64,000 bases of DNA from Trichosphaerium sp. ATCC 40318 (lineage: Eukaryota > Protista > Tubulinea). Made by a program: the position numbers and the translations under genes. The stretch is from assembly GCA_038496445.1 (NCBI GenBank), contig JALMLS010000376.1, positions 682,001 to 746,000 of the forward strand. The letters are read 5' to 3'. The number at the start of each line of letters is the position of its first letter. Within the stretch, counting starts at the first letter, position 1. Shown piece by piece: positions 37,201 to 49,345 of the stretch. The notes under the pieces were generated by a model that searched no databases, was not told where the DNA came from, and saw nothing but the letters and a program-made list of their open reading frames with translations.

Positions 37201-40200
37201 GATTTGCGTTCTGAAGATTCAACAAGTGATGTTTCTCATGAAAGTGATGATGGCGATAACCGTGATAATAGCCATAACAAAGATACTTTAAGTGAGAACG
37301 AACCTAAGGATCTCGAAGATACAAGAAGCGCTCTTCATGATGGTAAAATTGCATATATTCATTTTGTACTTATTATGTTGACAGAGAATGCTCCTGACTG
37401 GAACAAGGAGTTTCAAGATTCTGTTGATAAAAACCAGAAACTTGAAATGACAAGGGTTCTGAGAGCTTTTAAGAACAGAGCTGTAGAGATAGGTAAAGTA
37501 ATTATAAACGAGTATAAGGACAAAGACAAGACTTATGGTCCTGTAAAAGTTGGTAAGATTATCGATCATGCACGTGCCTACAAAGTACTGACTTTCATTT
37601 ACAAGGTGGTGTTGCCGGAGGAGAAAAATATTTGGTGCGATTCCAACATCAAGTCTTTGGTTTAATCATCTGTGACGTTGTTTTTTTTCTTACTATAAGG
37701 GTTCAGGTAGATAACATATTCTTCAAATTTTGTATAGACGCTTTCGGTATTTATGGTGGCGACGAGTTTGCGAAAAAAGTTTGTAAGTTTGCTGTTGTAA
37801 CGGGTGTTGTTGTACTAATCTAATTGAAAGCCAATCTTGAGTTGTTAGGATTAGAGGGTTACAGGTCCTGTGATTCGACTAATAAAGGGGCTTTGAGGAT
37901 ACCTTTATTGATAATCATAGACTACAAGTACGTATATATGTAAGTACTAGACAACTTATGTATCTTGAAAGAGGATATCGTCTTTTGGCTTCACCTTTGT
38001 TACCTTTGGGATCCACTTCCACTTTGGTCTATGGATCTAGTAAGTGCACAGCATTTTCATAAAATCTGAGAGATGTCTAGGCGATGCTGGAGGAACAATA
38101 ATGACAGAACCAGACATAACTGAGATAATGAAAAACTGTGCGTCAGAAATGAAATTAAAGGAACACAGAGTTGGAGGAACTGGAGAGGTACAAGCAGTGC
38201 CTCTTCGTATCATTAACAACACCATTTAGAAAACTTTACACAGTGCATGTGATATAGAAGTACATCGTGCTCTGGATGGCGAGTTGTACCTCTTAGATAC
38301 CGCACGTGTATGGCCACCCGAATTCCAATATGGATACTCATGCGGTGAGCTATACTACTTCTCGACAATACTTAATGTACATTTAGTCATTGAGCTCAGC
38401 GTACCCAGAGATGTTGTGATTAATACCATTGATTTATACCGTATGTAAAGGGATAAGAAGAAATTTGTGGTAACTGTTTGTTGAAGGGAAGCACATGACA
38501 GAACTTGTTGTTGATTTCGCCAAACTCAACATTCCAGAAGGTGTTATGTACTATAAAGGTGAGATAGAAGAAAGATACGTTACAACCTAATTGTATAAAA
38601 AAAGGACAAGGTGAACTTAATACTTTGGCATCAGCAGTTGCTGGTAAAGAAATAAAAGGCCAAGCATACGTAGTATATGGGTGCGCAACTTAGAATTTAC
38701 TTAAAGCTGACTTTAACTTAGACTCAATGGACGTCTATTATTTAACCAACTAAGACCAGAATTCGTTAGATCTTATACCAAGCCATTAAGTCCTGATGCA
38801 GTACGTGTTGAAAGAAAATAAAAAGTTCGCCAGGTTTTTTCTAACCACTTTTTTAGTGTTCGAAGTTTGGAACATTTGGAGCTGCAGAAAATAACAATGA
38901 AGTGATGGAAGCCACAAACCATCTACGTGATGTAACAATTCCAGAGTATGCTATTTTCAACTCTTTAATATCTGATATCACGTGCAGGTTTGCTAGAGCG
39001 CTTAGTTCAGGAGAAATCTTTGTTTCATCACCTGCAGCATTGAAAGAAGTCATGCATACTCATGGTGTTAACCTTCGATTCTTGGGTCTTGTTCGTGCTA
39101 TTTCTACGAATGATAGAGTCAAAAAGTATGTTGGGAATCTCTTTGAGGCGTTTCTTGTTGACGATCCTGAATAGGATAATCTTTGTTGAAATGGTATCAA
39201 GATGTGTTAAGAACTTTTTACAAAGAAAAATGAGACAACTTAAAGACCTTTCTGATGATGCCACAAAAGTAGAAGTGACTCATTTCCTTAACTTGATTCT
39301 TGGTGCTAGCGAGGTAAGATTAGCGAACAACTAGAAAATCATAATTCTTATGCTACTAGGGCTCAGCTTTCTTCTGGAAGGCTGTTTTAAAAGTTCAACT
39401 TATGGCTAAATATGGGAACGTGAGTTATTTTTTTTATCATTTCCTTGAGTTTGTGGACCTTACGTTCTTTATTGTAGTATGGGCAATGCTTACAAGCAAC
39501 TGAAATGGATTATAAAAATACTATAAGGTGCAAACTTGTTCAACAATTATGTGTGTTCATCTCTAATACATACTTTCAGGACATTCATAAACATGAACGT
39601 TTTGATGCACAATCTAGCTTCCAAGATAGGAGTTGTTTTTTCTCCTGAGACATATCGACGTCTTCTTGCTGATCCTTCTCGATTCAATACAAGGAATCCT
39701 ATCCGTGAAACCGATATTCAAGAACTTAGAGAGTCTGTTAAAGGTCCAAAGATTCCAGGTGTTTATTTCAAAACACTTGAAGCAGATGCTGGTTATAACT
39801 TACTCCAAAAGACTCTAACAGGTAATAAAATAATAAGATTGTATTTTGATTAACTTGGGTTTGAATAGAGTTTGTGAAAGGAGAAATCGATGATAACGCT
39901 GCTCAAGAGAACTTAGATAAAGCAATAGAGATCATACAAAGCTCCGAAGGTGGTCAGTTCCGTTTGGAAGCGTATATAGCGGTGCAACTCATTCGTGGTA
40001 TGATGCATGTTAATAAAAGGGTAAATACTGGATAAAAACAACCCTATAACAACTGTACTTAACCACAAATTTAGAATCCTGTCGATGCTATTAAGTGCTT
40101 GGAGAACGCTCTTACCGGTATTGCAAGAGTTTCAGGTATTGGTATAATTATGTTAGTAATTGTGTTGATAGTTTTTGTAGGTTATTTACGGACACCTGAA

Positions 40201-42929
40201 GATTTTAAATCAGCTATGATTAAAAAAAAGAAACACTTGTACGACCATCATTTTTCTTGTTTTTTTCTTTAATAATATTTAGACATTTGCCTGTCATGAT
40301 TCTAGTTGTAGATAACTTAAGTCGAGCGCTATGGATGCAAGGTAGAGCTTTAGCTATACCACAATGGTAAGAGGATAAGTAAATACTTCACAGCCGAGCT
40401 GATTGTTTTAAGGTATTTTCAATTCAAATCAGCATGGAACGACTATGTGTTTCCTGGTGATAGAGACAGCAGAATGTACTATTCACATCCCTTGTTAGTC
40501 TTAATTACATACTAGAAAAATATTTAAGCAGCCAATTCCGTTGCCTCTCAGTTTGCTCCGTAGAGTCAAAGAAGTTAGGTTACAAGGTGTTAGACCTGTT
40601 CAGTAAGTAACTTTTTGATCTTTTTTTCAACTTTAAGAAGACCCTCACTCACGTGACTTTGTAGTTGGGAAAATCTTGATGTTGAATATGAATTAAAAAA
40701 CTATCCTTTTGAATCAGTTCAAGTGCAGCAATGGATATCAAGAGGTACAGCGATACTGAAAAAAGTTAAATATTGACACTTTTGTTTAAAGTTTGTAACG
40801 TTGATAATATATCCGGTGTTACTGTACCAAAGTTATGGTTGTTTTCACCTCCAGAAACAATCCGTGAGTAATTAATACTACTATGTGTTACTTACATGAG
40901 TAGCATATTGTACTGGGTATATATCTATACCACCTTTTGCTCTGCAAGGAACAGACTTGAAAGTCTATTGTCACAACTTGGAAACCAAACTAACAATCTA
41001 CCGTGAGAAGCACATAGACGAAGCTCAAGTATCTGAAATATATATCAATAGTAAAAACGATCACCAGAACATTGTACTTAAAACAAGTACGTCCAAGTTT
41101 ACAATGAAATCACTGTGGAGTTTGCATGTTCTTTGAATTCCGAATGTATGTGATTCTGTCTCATACAGATTTAGGAGATTTTGACGAAGGTATGTATGTG
41201 GTACAAGCAGATGGTACCTATGGAGTTTGTGGTTATTTTTGGGTATTACCAGAGCCAATCAAAGGTAAGAGATCATACTATTAGCAACTATCACTTTGTC
41301 GTTTTAGGCTAAAGATGCTCTAGGCATGCCTATGGTTGCGATTGATAGAATGCATCAGCTAGGGCGCATATGCACTGAAACTGAATGCCTTGATAACGTT
41401 AGTTATAAATACAACTTTAGCCGTGTATATTTATTCAATGGTACCTCAACGAATATGACTTCAATGTGTTTGAATAGAACAACAAACAGTAAGCAAATCT
41501 TTTCACACCTTAAATCCTTCCTATCTAACATAACCTCAAAGATGAAATGAAAGGTATGTTTTGTGCGGGTTGTACACAGTCAGGTGATGTATATTCATGG
41601 GGATATCACTGTTCCGCTCTTATAGGTAGGCTGATTCATTCGAAGTACTTTGCTAAACATGTTTAATTTCTTTGAAAAAGGGAGACACCGTGGTACTGCT
41701 GAACCTAGTTTGTTGAGTACTGTAAATGGTTATAAAGGAGCAAAGATAGTTGCTAGCACTTCTGAGACTGATATCTCATTCATTGCTTTGTTATCAGCTT
41801 ATGGAACTGTTTACACATGGGTACTTTATCTTCTTCTACTGTTTTGCACAATTTGGAGAATTTTGATTGTATATTCCTTCTTAGGGTAATGGATCCACCG
41901 GTGCTTTGGGATTAGGTTCAAAAGAAGAAAATTATTCACCTAGGCTTGTTTATTCGTTACTTGGGAAAACTGTGATTGATGTCGTATGTGGAGAACATAA
42001 CATGTTGTGTCTTACTTCCACAGGTTAACTTATCACTTTGATTGTAGTATAACATTAACAACCCTTTGTAGGTGTTGTATATTCATCTGGGTCTGTAACT
42101 AACGATAAGGATGAAGGAGAAAACGAAACAGTGTCTTATGGAGCTGTTTTGAAGCCTCTTAATGACCAAATTGGTGAAAATGTTAAAATTCTTCAAATTG
42201 CTGCTGGACCACGTCACTTTACAGTTACTACATTCTCTGGTAAGATATCCTGTTTTATGTGAACCGTGTTAAACTTTTTATAGGCGCTGTATATTACACT
42301 GGCAAGGTGCATGCGAGTGAGGGTGAAAACTCGTTTTATTCTATGCCTACAAATATTGCTTCATTTGGATTTACGCAACAATGCGTATCTAGTGCTTGTG
42401 GTAGAGCACATACTATGTTATTAACCAAAGAAGGGAGAGTATATGTGTTTGGAGAGAATAATGTTGGCCAGCTCGGCAATGGTAGTTGTAAGTTATTCAC
42501 AGAAACCAAACTGAATTTTCAAACCTAACTGTTTTTAGGGGAAAACACTCCTATTTCAAACTCAGGATCATCTGGACCTGTAATGTTCCTTGAAGAGCAG
42601 GAAAAAGATTCTATATATGCATTTAAGAATACATGCGTAGCTAAGAATAAATTTGGAGAAGGTACATACGCAGTTTTTTACTTCAAAAAGAAAACAGAAA
42701 TTTTAAGAATTACTAAATATAAAAAAGTATGGATTTGGGGCAGTCATTTACATTATCCAATGAAGATCCAGTATGTTCAACGTAAGTGCCTTGGTTTCAT
42801 TTTTTTGGTTGTCGCTTTTCTAACTTAGTGACAGGTGTTAATAGCATTTACTTTTGGGACGATGATCCAATATTACTATTCAATAAGTATCCTTTCAAGA
42901 GGCTACCCACGTTGCCTGTAAAGAAATGA
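34300..42929 (+). CDS. Large RCC1-repeat + CLU domain + TPR-like + second RCC1-repeat protein (start approximate; could be more than one gene)
   Basis: RCC1 repeats AVGEYHTIAL..QVFSWGS..GALG, IACGAHHVLVL, SACGRAHTMLLTKEGRVYVFGENNVGQLG. CLU motifs GGVAGGEKY, IFFKF, IDYKGYRL, LVYGS.DAG, DIEVH..DG..YLLDTARVWPPE, LRPEFV, MHTHGVNLRFLG. Confidence 0.75.
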
Positions 42930-43121
42930 ATACAGTGTGACCTAACCAATTTGGAAAACTGTGCTGATAATGGTAAACCATTTAAGCTGTAGTACACGAG
43001 AGTATTAAACAACTATGGTTTAAAAAAAATGACTGTTTTCTTTCAAAAACTCACATAAAATCCTTTGGTAGTGGCAATTAATAAAACTACACGTGATTGT
43101 TAAATGGAATAATTAAATATC

Positions 43122-45192
43122 TTACAATGATCTATTTATATGTACAGATTGTATACTAGAAGCACCATCCACAGGAGACATTACTTTCAATTTTGCTACG
43201 AAGAAACATAAGCAATAACACTTTTTTTTAAATGAATACCTTTACTGTGGTAATCGAAGCAAATTAAAGGCTTTACGTTGCTTGTAGAAATTGGTGTTTT
43301 CATGTCAGGAATATAGTGTTTGAGCGTAGATGCAAGTGTCTCAGTATCACCCTTCCACCAATACGGCACTAGTACAAGTGTAATACCTGTTGGTGAGAAA
43401 AAACATTAGTTCTTGTAACATACTTCATCAAAAGGGAACGTACCATGATCAAGACAGTACTGTGATTTTTCCGCATCATGTAGTTGTCTAAGTGTAGATG
43501 GAACACCTTCCGGGAATACATCCTTATAATGCTGCTCACCTAAGTGCATCTTCTGTTAATACGAGGCAAAGGCAGCCTCAAAGAAAAGATTTGTTTACCT
43601 TGATACTCTATGCATAAGTTGTATGCTGGAACAAAGACATCAACACTCATTCTACTGCCTGTTGATTGTCTGTGACCAATAATATGCTCTTCCTTTACTT
43701 CCATGTTTGGTAATACTGATGTTGTACGCTCGAACAATAGCCTAATGAGTTTAAATAAAAAGGTATGACAAATTAACTCTTATCAAACCTTTGTGCAGCC
43801 TTTTTATTAAACCCAAGAAATCGTGACCATTCCCAACTGTAGTTAGGATCCAAAACCTTGAGAACACGTGGAAAGTATGTCTTTAGACCAGAACCACCCA
43901 AATCAGCCAATTGGTCTTGTGAAACACGATACCTTTAACACCAAGTTACAAAAAAAATTATTGTTTTGTTGATGCACCATTTTTCCATGCTGTCAAGTTG
44001 AAGTTCACGTTTAGCATATTGTAAGAATCTAAGTTGATTTTCTCTGTTTTGCCAAAATCCAAGAGGATTAAGAGTCCTGAAGGCATGTATACATGAGTAT
44101 GCTTCACATTTGAAGAACCAAGTACATACTTGAATTTCCATTCATGTTTGTTGTATAGCACTTTTAAAGTTTTTGGTAGTGATCCATATCTGAAAGTTAT
44201 TAAAAGTTGAGAGTATGATGATTAGTCGTACTTGTTAAGTATTGCTCCAGCACCTAGTTCAGCTACTTGTTCTATCACTATATCGCACCATTCATCAAGG
44301 TGTTTTAGTTCTAAAAGCTCTGCAATATAATCAAACTTTTCTCTTTGATTTTCAATTGTATCCCAGTGACCACGTGGTGCAGGGCTTAAAGAAATATTTA
44401 GACAAGAGATAAAGAAAGTTAAACATGAAGTCATATTAAACCATACTTGAATTTGAAAGGTACCCAATCGTGTTCTGGATAAATCTTTGAAAAGAGTATT
44501 AAAGTGTTGTACGAATATCTAAACACTAACTAAATGACAAACGTTCGCGATGTGCATCTGATTGTACCTATCAATGATACCAGTACCACCATAATGTTTG
44601 ATTTTATCCATGCTGACATCATACCAATCATCGAGGTGTTTAAGTTCAAGGCGTTTAGCTATGTCATTAAATTTTTTACGCTGATTTTTAATGCTGTGCC
44701 AATGCCACATTTTCGCTTTCCTAGCACCAAAAAGTGAGTCACGCACGTGATATCAAATATCTTGTAACGGTAAAGTACTTGAATTTAAAGGGAGACCAAG
44801 CAGTCCACGAAGCAGACGGATACAATGCCGTTACCATTCTATACACAGATCCGCCATAACTGCTCATAGTTTGGTTAGAAAAGTTTACCAAAAACCGCAC
44901 GTGGGTTTCGTACGCACCTATTTACAATGTGTGTGGCACCGCTATCACATAGGGATGTTGTTGTCACAGCATACCACCCGCTTAGTTCTGTAATACCAAG
45001 TTTTTGAGCTATTTTGTCTAAATCGGCTCTATGAACGTCATGGGAGGATACGGTAGCGTGTTGGCGCTTTTGACGCCTCTCTTTAAAAAACAAGCTGACA
45101 CGCCTGTAGGTCGTTTCTACATCGTAATGAGGGGCTAATGACGTATAGATTGTACGATTACGTGTTGTTTGTAGTAATTTAGCTACAAGCAT
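43122..45192 (-). CDS. Tandem ~70-aa helical-repeat protein with C-terminal RAP/DUF559-like PD-(D/E)xK nuclease-fold domain, possibly mitochondrial
   Basis: Four repeats with HW..ENQR..F..IA..L.L..LD.WY.V.....GG..I..Y.......YP..W. C-terminal SVDVFVPAYNLCIEYQGEQHY..D.EK..C...GITLVLVPYWW. Basic, acid-poor N-terminus. Confidence 0.7.
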
Positions 45193-45469
45193 TGCCAATA
45201 TTGCGTCTGTGTCAGCCAATGCATACTGTGTCTTGATGCAGTCAAACGACGCGTAAAATCAATGGCACAGAAGAAAGCAGTTACAAACTTGGGTACTTGT
45301 AACCAATCTAGCAGTGACTCGTTGTATGTTGATTGCGGGAATCACAATTGAAACAGTCAAGGCTTAGCTTTGACACAATGTTTCCAAAAAGCTGGATTTG
45401 GGAAAAAACAATTCGCGTGGAAATTGCCCTGGAAACGAATTGTTCATTTTCTCATTTGCTACAACTAAG

Positions 45470-47400
45470 ATGTTACGTACAATCAACACACGAATTGCAA
45501 ATGCAAGCAGAAGGTATGCTGTTAAACGCCAACAGACAAGAAAGCTCCAAATATCTACAACGAGCAGCAATGGTTTATCAAAGGAGGACGTTGAAAGCCA
45601 AACGAAACACATCAAGGGCATTGTTTTAAAGGGAAGGGCAATTTACATGGACTCACAAGCCACTACACAGCTGGATCCACGCGTACTAGATGCTATGCTC
45701 CCTTTTATGACTGAGCAGTACGGTAACGCACATTCGCGCAGTCACGCTTTTGGATGGGAAAGTGAGGACGCCGTTGAAGTAGCTAGAGGCGTATGTAATT
45801 ATTACAAAACACCGCATTCTTACGACATTTGCAGAAAGTCGCCGATTTAATTGGCTGTACTCCTAAGGAGATAGTATTTACATCAGGAGCTACTGAGGCA
45901 AATAATCTCGCCATTAAAGGCGTAGCAAGATTCTACAAGAAAAAACACATCATAACTACACGAACAGTACGCCAACGCGTCATAATCCCTTAATTTGTGG
46001 CTAAAACAATTTTTTAGGAACACAAATGCGTTTTAGATTCTTGCAGGCGTCTGGAATCAGAAGGGTACACCATCAAGTATTTGGAGGTAAGCTTTATTCC
46101 CTTTGAAAATTTTTTGCCTCGGTACAATTAAAACACGTCCTAAAAACTTCGTTCTTCCTTTAGGTGCAAGATTCTGGCATTCTGGATTTGAAAGTACTTG
46201 AAGAAGAGCTTGAAAAGAATGGTAAAGATACTGCTATTGTATCTGTCATGATGGTAAACAATGAGATTGGTGTTGTCCAACCTATCAAGGAGATTGGCGC
46301 TCTTTGTAAGAAACACAAAGTATGTTATTTGGATTTTTTTTTTGTAGAAATTATTTTTTCCTGAGCTTCATTTTGACACTTTTCAGGTCTTCTTCCACAC
46401 AGATGCTGCTCAAGGTATTGGTAAACTACCTATTAACGTGAATGACATGAACATTGATTTGATGTCTATTTCCGGGCATAAACTTTATGGACCTAAGGTA
46501 ACGGTTTTTTTTTTGTTTTTTTACTCAGTACTGACTGTATGAAGGGTATTGGTGCTTTATACGTACGTCGTAGACCACGTGTACGTATTTTACCAATTAT
46601 CAACGGCGGTGGACAAGAGCGTGGCATGCGGTACGCTCAAACATTTCAATAAAATTTGCGGAGAAATTATTTATTTCCCGTTTTTTCTTCCTGACCAGTC
46701 CTAAAACGTGTTTAGATCTGGTACACTTCCTACATCTCTTGCAGTTGGCCTCGGTCAAGCATGTACAGTCGCAAAAGAGGAAATGGAAAATGACGCCAAG
46801 CACATCAAAAAATTGTATGATAAACTGTACAATGGCATCACAAGCAACCTAGAAGACGTATATTTGAACGGTGTACGTCCTAATTGTTTCTTGTTTTTTA
46901 CAAGAGCAGTAACATTTTTTTTTTTTTTTTTTTTGGATTAACTTGTATTTTCTTTTTTTAGTCCGCTGAGCACAGGTATCATGGTAACTTGAATTTATCA
47001 TTCGCATACGTTGAAGGTGAATCCCTCATGATGGCATTAAAAGATGTTGCTTGTAGTTCAGGATCTGCTTGTACTTCTGCGTCTTTGGAAGCATCATATG
47101 TTCTACGGTAAGGAAACACTACTTTTTACAACATCTAAAGCATCCTAGTGCGATAAATGTAGGTGATGAACTAGCACATACTAGCTTAAGATTCGGTATT
47201 GGTAGATTTACTACAGAAGAAGAGATTGACTACACTGTATGTCTATGAGCTTTTTTTGTTATCAGGTGGATTTGTTTGACCTTCTGTAGATTGAAACTTT
47301 GGTAAAGCATGTCCACAGGCTTCGTGAGTTAAGTCCACTATGGGAGATGAAGCTCGAAGGTATTGATATGTCTAAGATCGAGTGGCAACAGGAAGACTAA
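45470..47400 (+). CDS. NFS1: Mitochondrial cysteine desulfurase
   Basis: [69 protein letters not shown]. Arg-rich presequence. Confidence 0.97.
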
Positions 47401-47932
47401 ACAAAAAAAAGAAAATAACAAAAAAAATTCAAAAAATATACCAGTAATGGCTAAAGGTTATGATTGAACGTGTAAATAATAGCATTAAAGCGTGTTTCCT
47501 TGTTGAATGTTAAAACAATACAGTAGTTGTCACATGTGGCAAAAGATTTTTCAACAACGTATGAAGTTGAAACACGTGATTTATCTCGAAAGAATAGCCA
47601 TGGCTGATAAGGTCAGTGTGAATTCGTTAGGAATACATAATTCGCTTAACAGATACAATGGGAACTGTTCTCCTTACCACTAGAGGAAACCGGACGGTGG
47701 TAAATGATTTTGTTCAATTAGTTAAAACCAGAGGCACAAGGCCATTTACGACTTGTTTCCATTTAAATTCTGCACTCTCCTTTTTAAGGCTTAGTTCGTT
47801 TATTACGTAAGTTTCGCTTGGCAACTGCAAGTTTCCCAATGCCTGCGGAAGAATAGCGGAGAGTACACACGAATTCATTATTACGTACCACTTAATCTTC
47901 CATTTCATACAACTCGTAACTAACACGCACCT

Positions 47933-48958
47933 ATGAGCAGTAAAAGAGGATCATACTCAGCTCTCAATGAAGTTACGTCTATTAATGGCCAAGGAAGAGT
48001 TAGTACGGATAGATGTACAAAAATCCTTCTTATAATCACCACCGTCGTTGCTCTGTACATTGCGGGCGTTTTAACGACCAATCTGGTTTTTTCTGTCTTA
48101 ACATGGAATTACCACACAACAGGCGCTGAATTTAACGTTATTTGCTCCTATTCTTGTGGCCAGACGTGTATTGGAAAAGGAGTCCCAGATTGCTACAAAC
48201 CTTGTTTCGACGCTTGTGTTAATCCTCAAAGCGATAAGAAGTCGAACAGTGTATTGGGTGGATACATTAGAAGAGATGCAGTTCATCACGTGGGCGTCAC
48301 AGTAAGTAATCTTACAGCATCTGTAGACTTTTATACGAATATTCTCGGTGGTGCACTTGTTCCAGAGGCAGGTGGTGATAACTGGAACGGTGATGATGTA
48401 CTCAATCTTCTCTTTCAAGAAAACATTCTTCAAGGAAGAAGGAAGGATCCGCAAGCGACTTTAGAAGATTTAGAAGTAGCAGACTTAAGCACTGATGGTA
48501 CTGATACTCTTGCTGCTCGTTATATATCTTTCGGTACTCTTAATATTGAGTTGTTGGATTACAGAGCTATCAACAAGTCAGCGAATAACAGTCATGTACC
48601 ATATACGTATGAACATACGTCTCCTTCTATTGTTCCTGCTATGCATATTTGTTTTTATCTTCATGACGATGTTGTTATGAATGACTTTATTCTAAAGCTT
48701 GAAGATGAATCTAAATCACGTGGATATGATAAGGTAAAATGTAATAGAATTATTGAAGTCAAGGATGAGGAAGAAAGAGTTAAAGTAGGCAAAGAGAAGA
48801 TATATAACTCTTTTGTTGTTACGGATGGTAACTTTCAAGGATGGAGATTGACTTATTGTAAAGGACCTGATGGCGAACAATTTGAGATTGCGCAAGCAAC
48901 AGGTAGAGCCAAAAAACTATTTAGTGAGGCCCTGGGTACATACTTGAGTTCAAAATAA
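47933..48958 (+). CDS. Intronless VOC/glyoxalase-superfamily protein with N-terminal TM anchor and short Cys-rich motif
   Basis: VHHVGVTVSNLTASVDFYTNILG, NIELLDY, MHICF, YCKGPDGEQFEIAQ. TM segment at about aa 30-57. CSYSCGQTC..C..PCFDAC. Confidence 0.8.
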   Translation: MSSKRGSYSALNEVTSINGQGRVSTDRCTKILLIITTVVALYIAGVLTTNLVFSVLTWNYHTTGAEFNVICSYSCGQTCIGKGVPDCYKPCFDACVNPQSDKKSNSVLGGYIRRDAVHHVGVTVSNLTASVDFYTNILGGALVPEAGGDNWNGDDVLNLLFQENILQGRRKDPQATLEDLEVADLSTDGTDTLAARYISFGTLNIELLDYRAINKSANNSHVPYTYEHTSPSIVPAMHICFYLHDDVVMNDFILKLEDESKSRGYDKVKCNRIIEVKDEEERVKVGKEKIYNSFVVTDGNFQGWRLTYCKGPDGEQFEIAQATGRAKKLFSEALGTYLSSK

Positions 48959-49345
48959 CACGTTTAAGATGTAATACAGACTCAGTCTTAGATAATAAAA
49001 GATTTGTTGATAATGTTAAACTGCTCACTACATCGTTTAATCCTCAAACTGCGTTGACTGCTGACTCCAAAAAATGACAAGATTGCAATTATCGACTTGC
49101 GATAGGTGGCATACTGGGACCGAAATAAAAAGACCGGCTGTAAAGGTTAAAATGATCCAAAACCAAAGAAATATACTCTTGGAAAATCCGAACAAATTTA
49201 ACAACTTACTGTTCACTGAATGTAGGTTACCGCATAATCTTTTGTGAACGCTTTGTGGTCGAGTAAACAAGTCTAAACGGAACATACACTGCACCAAATA
49301 CCACAACTATAAAACAAACTACCTATTACAGCTGTAGCTCTTTTA

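Noticed and set aside
47560-47610. Possible C/D snoRNA (ATAGCCATGG-CTGA, potentially antisense to SSU rRNA)
   Set aside because: The C box is poor and the organism's rRNA is not available to verify the match.
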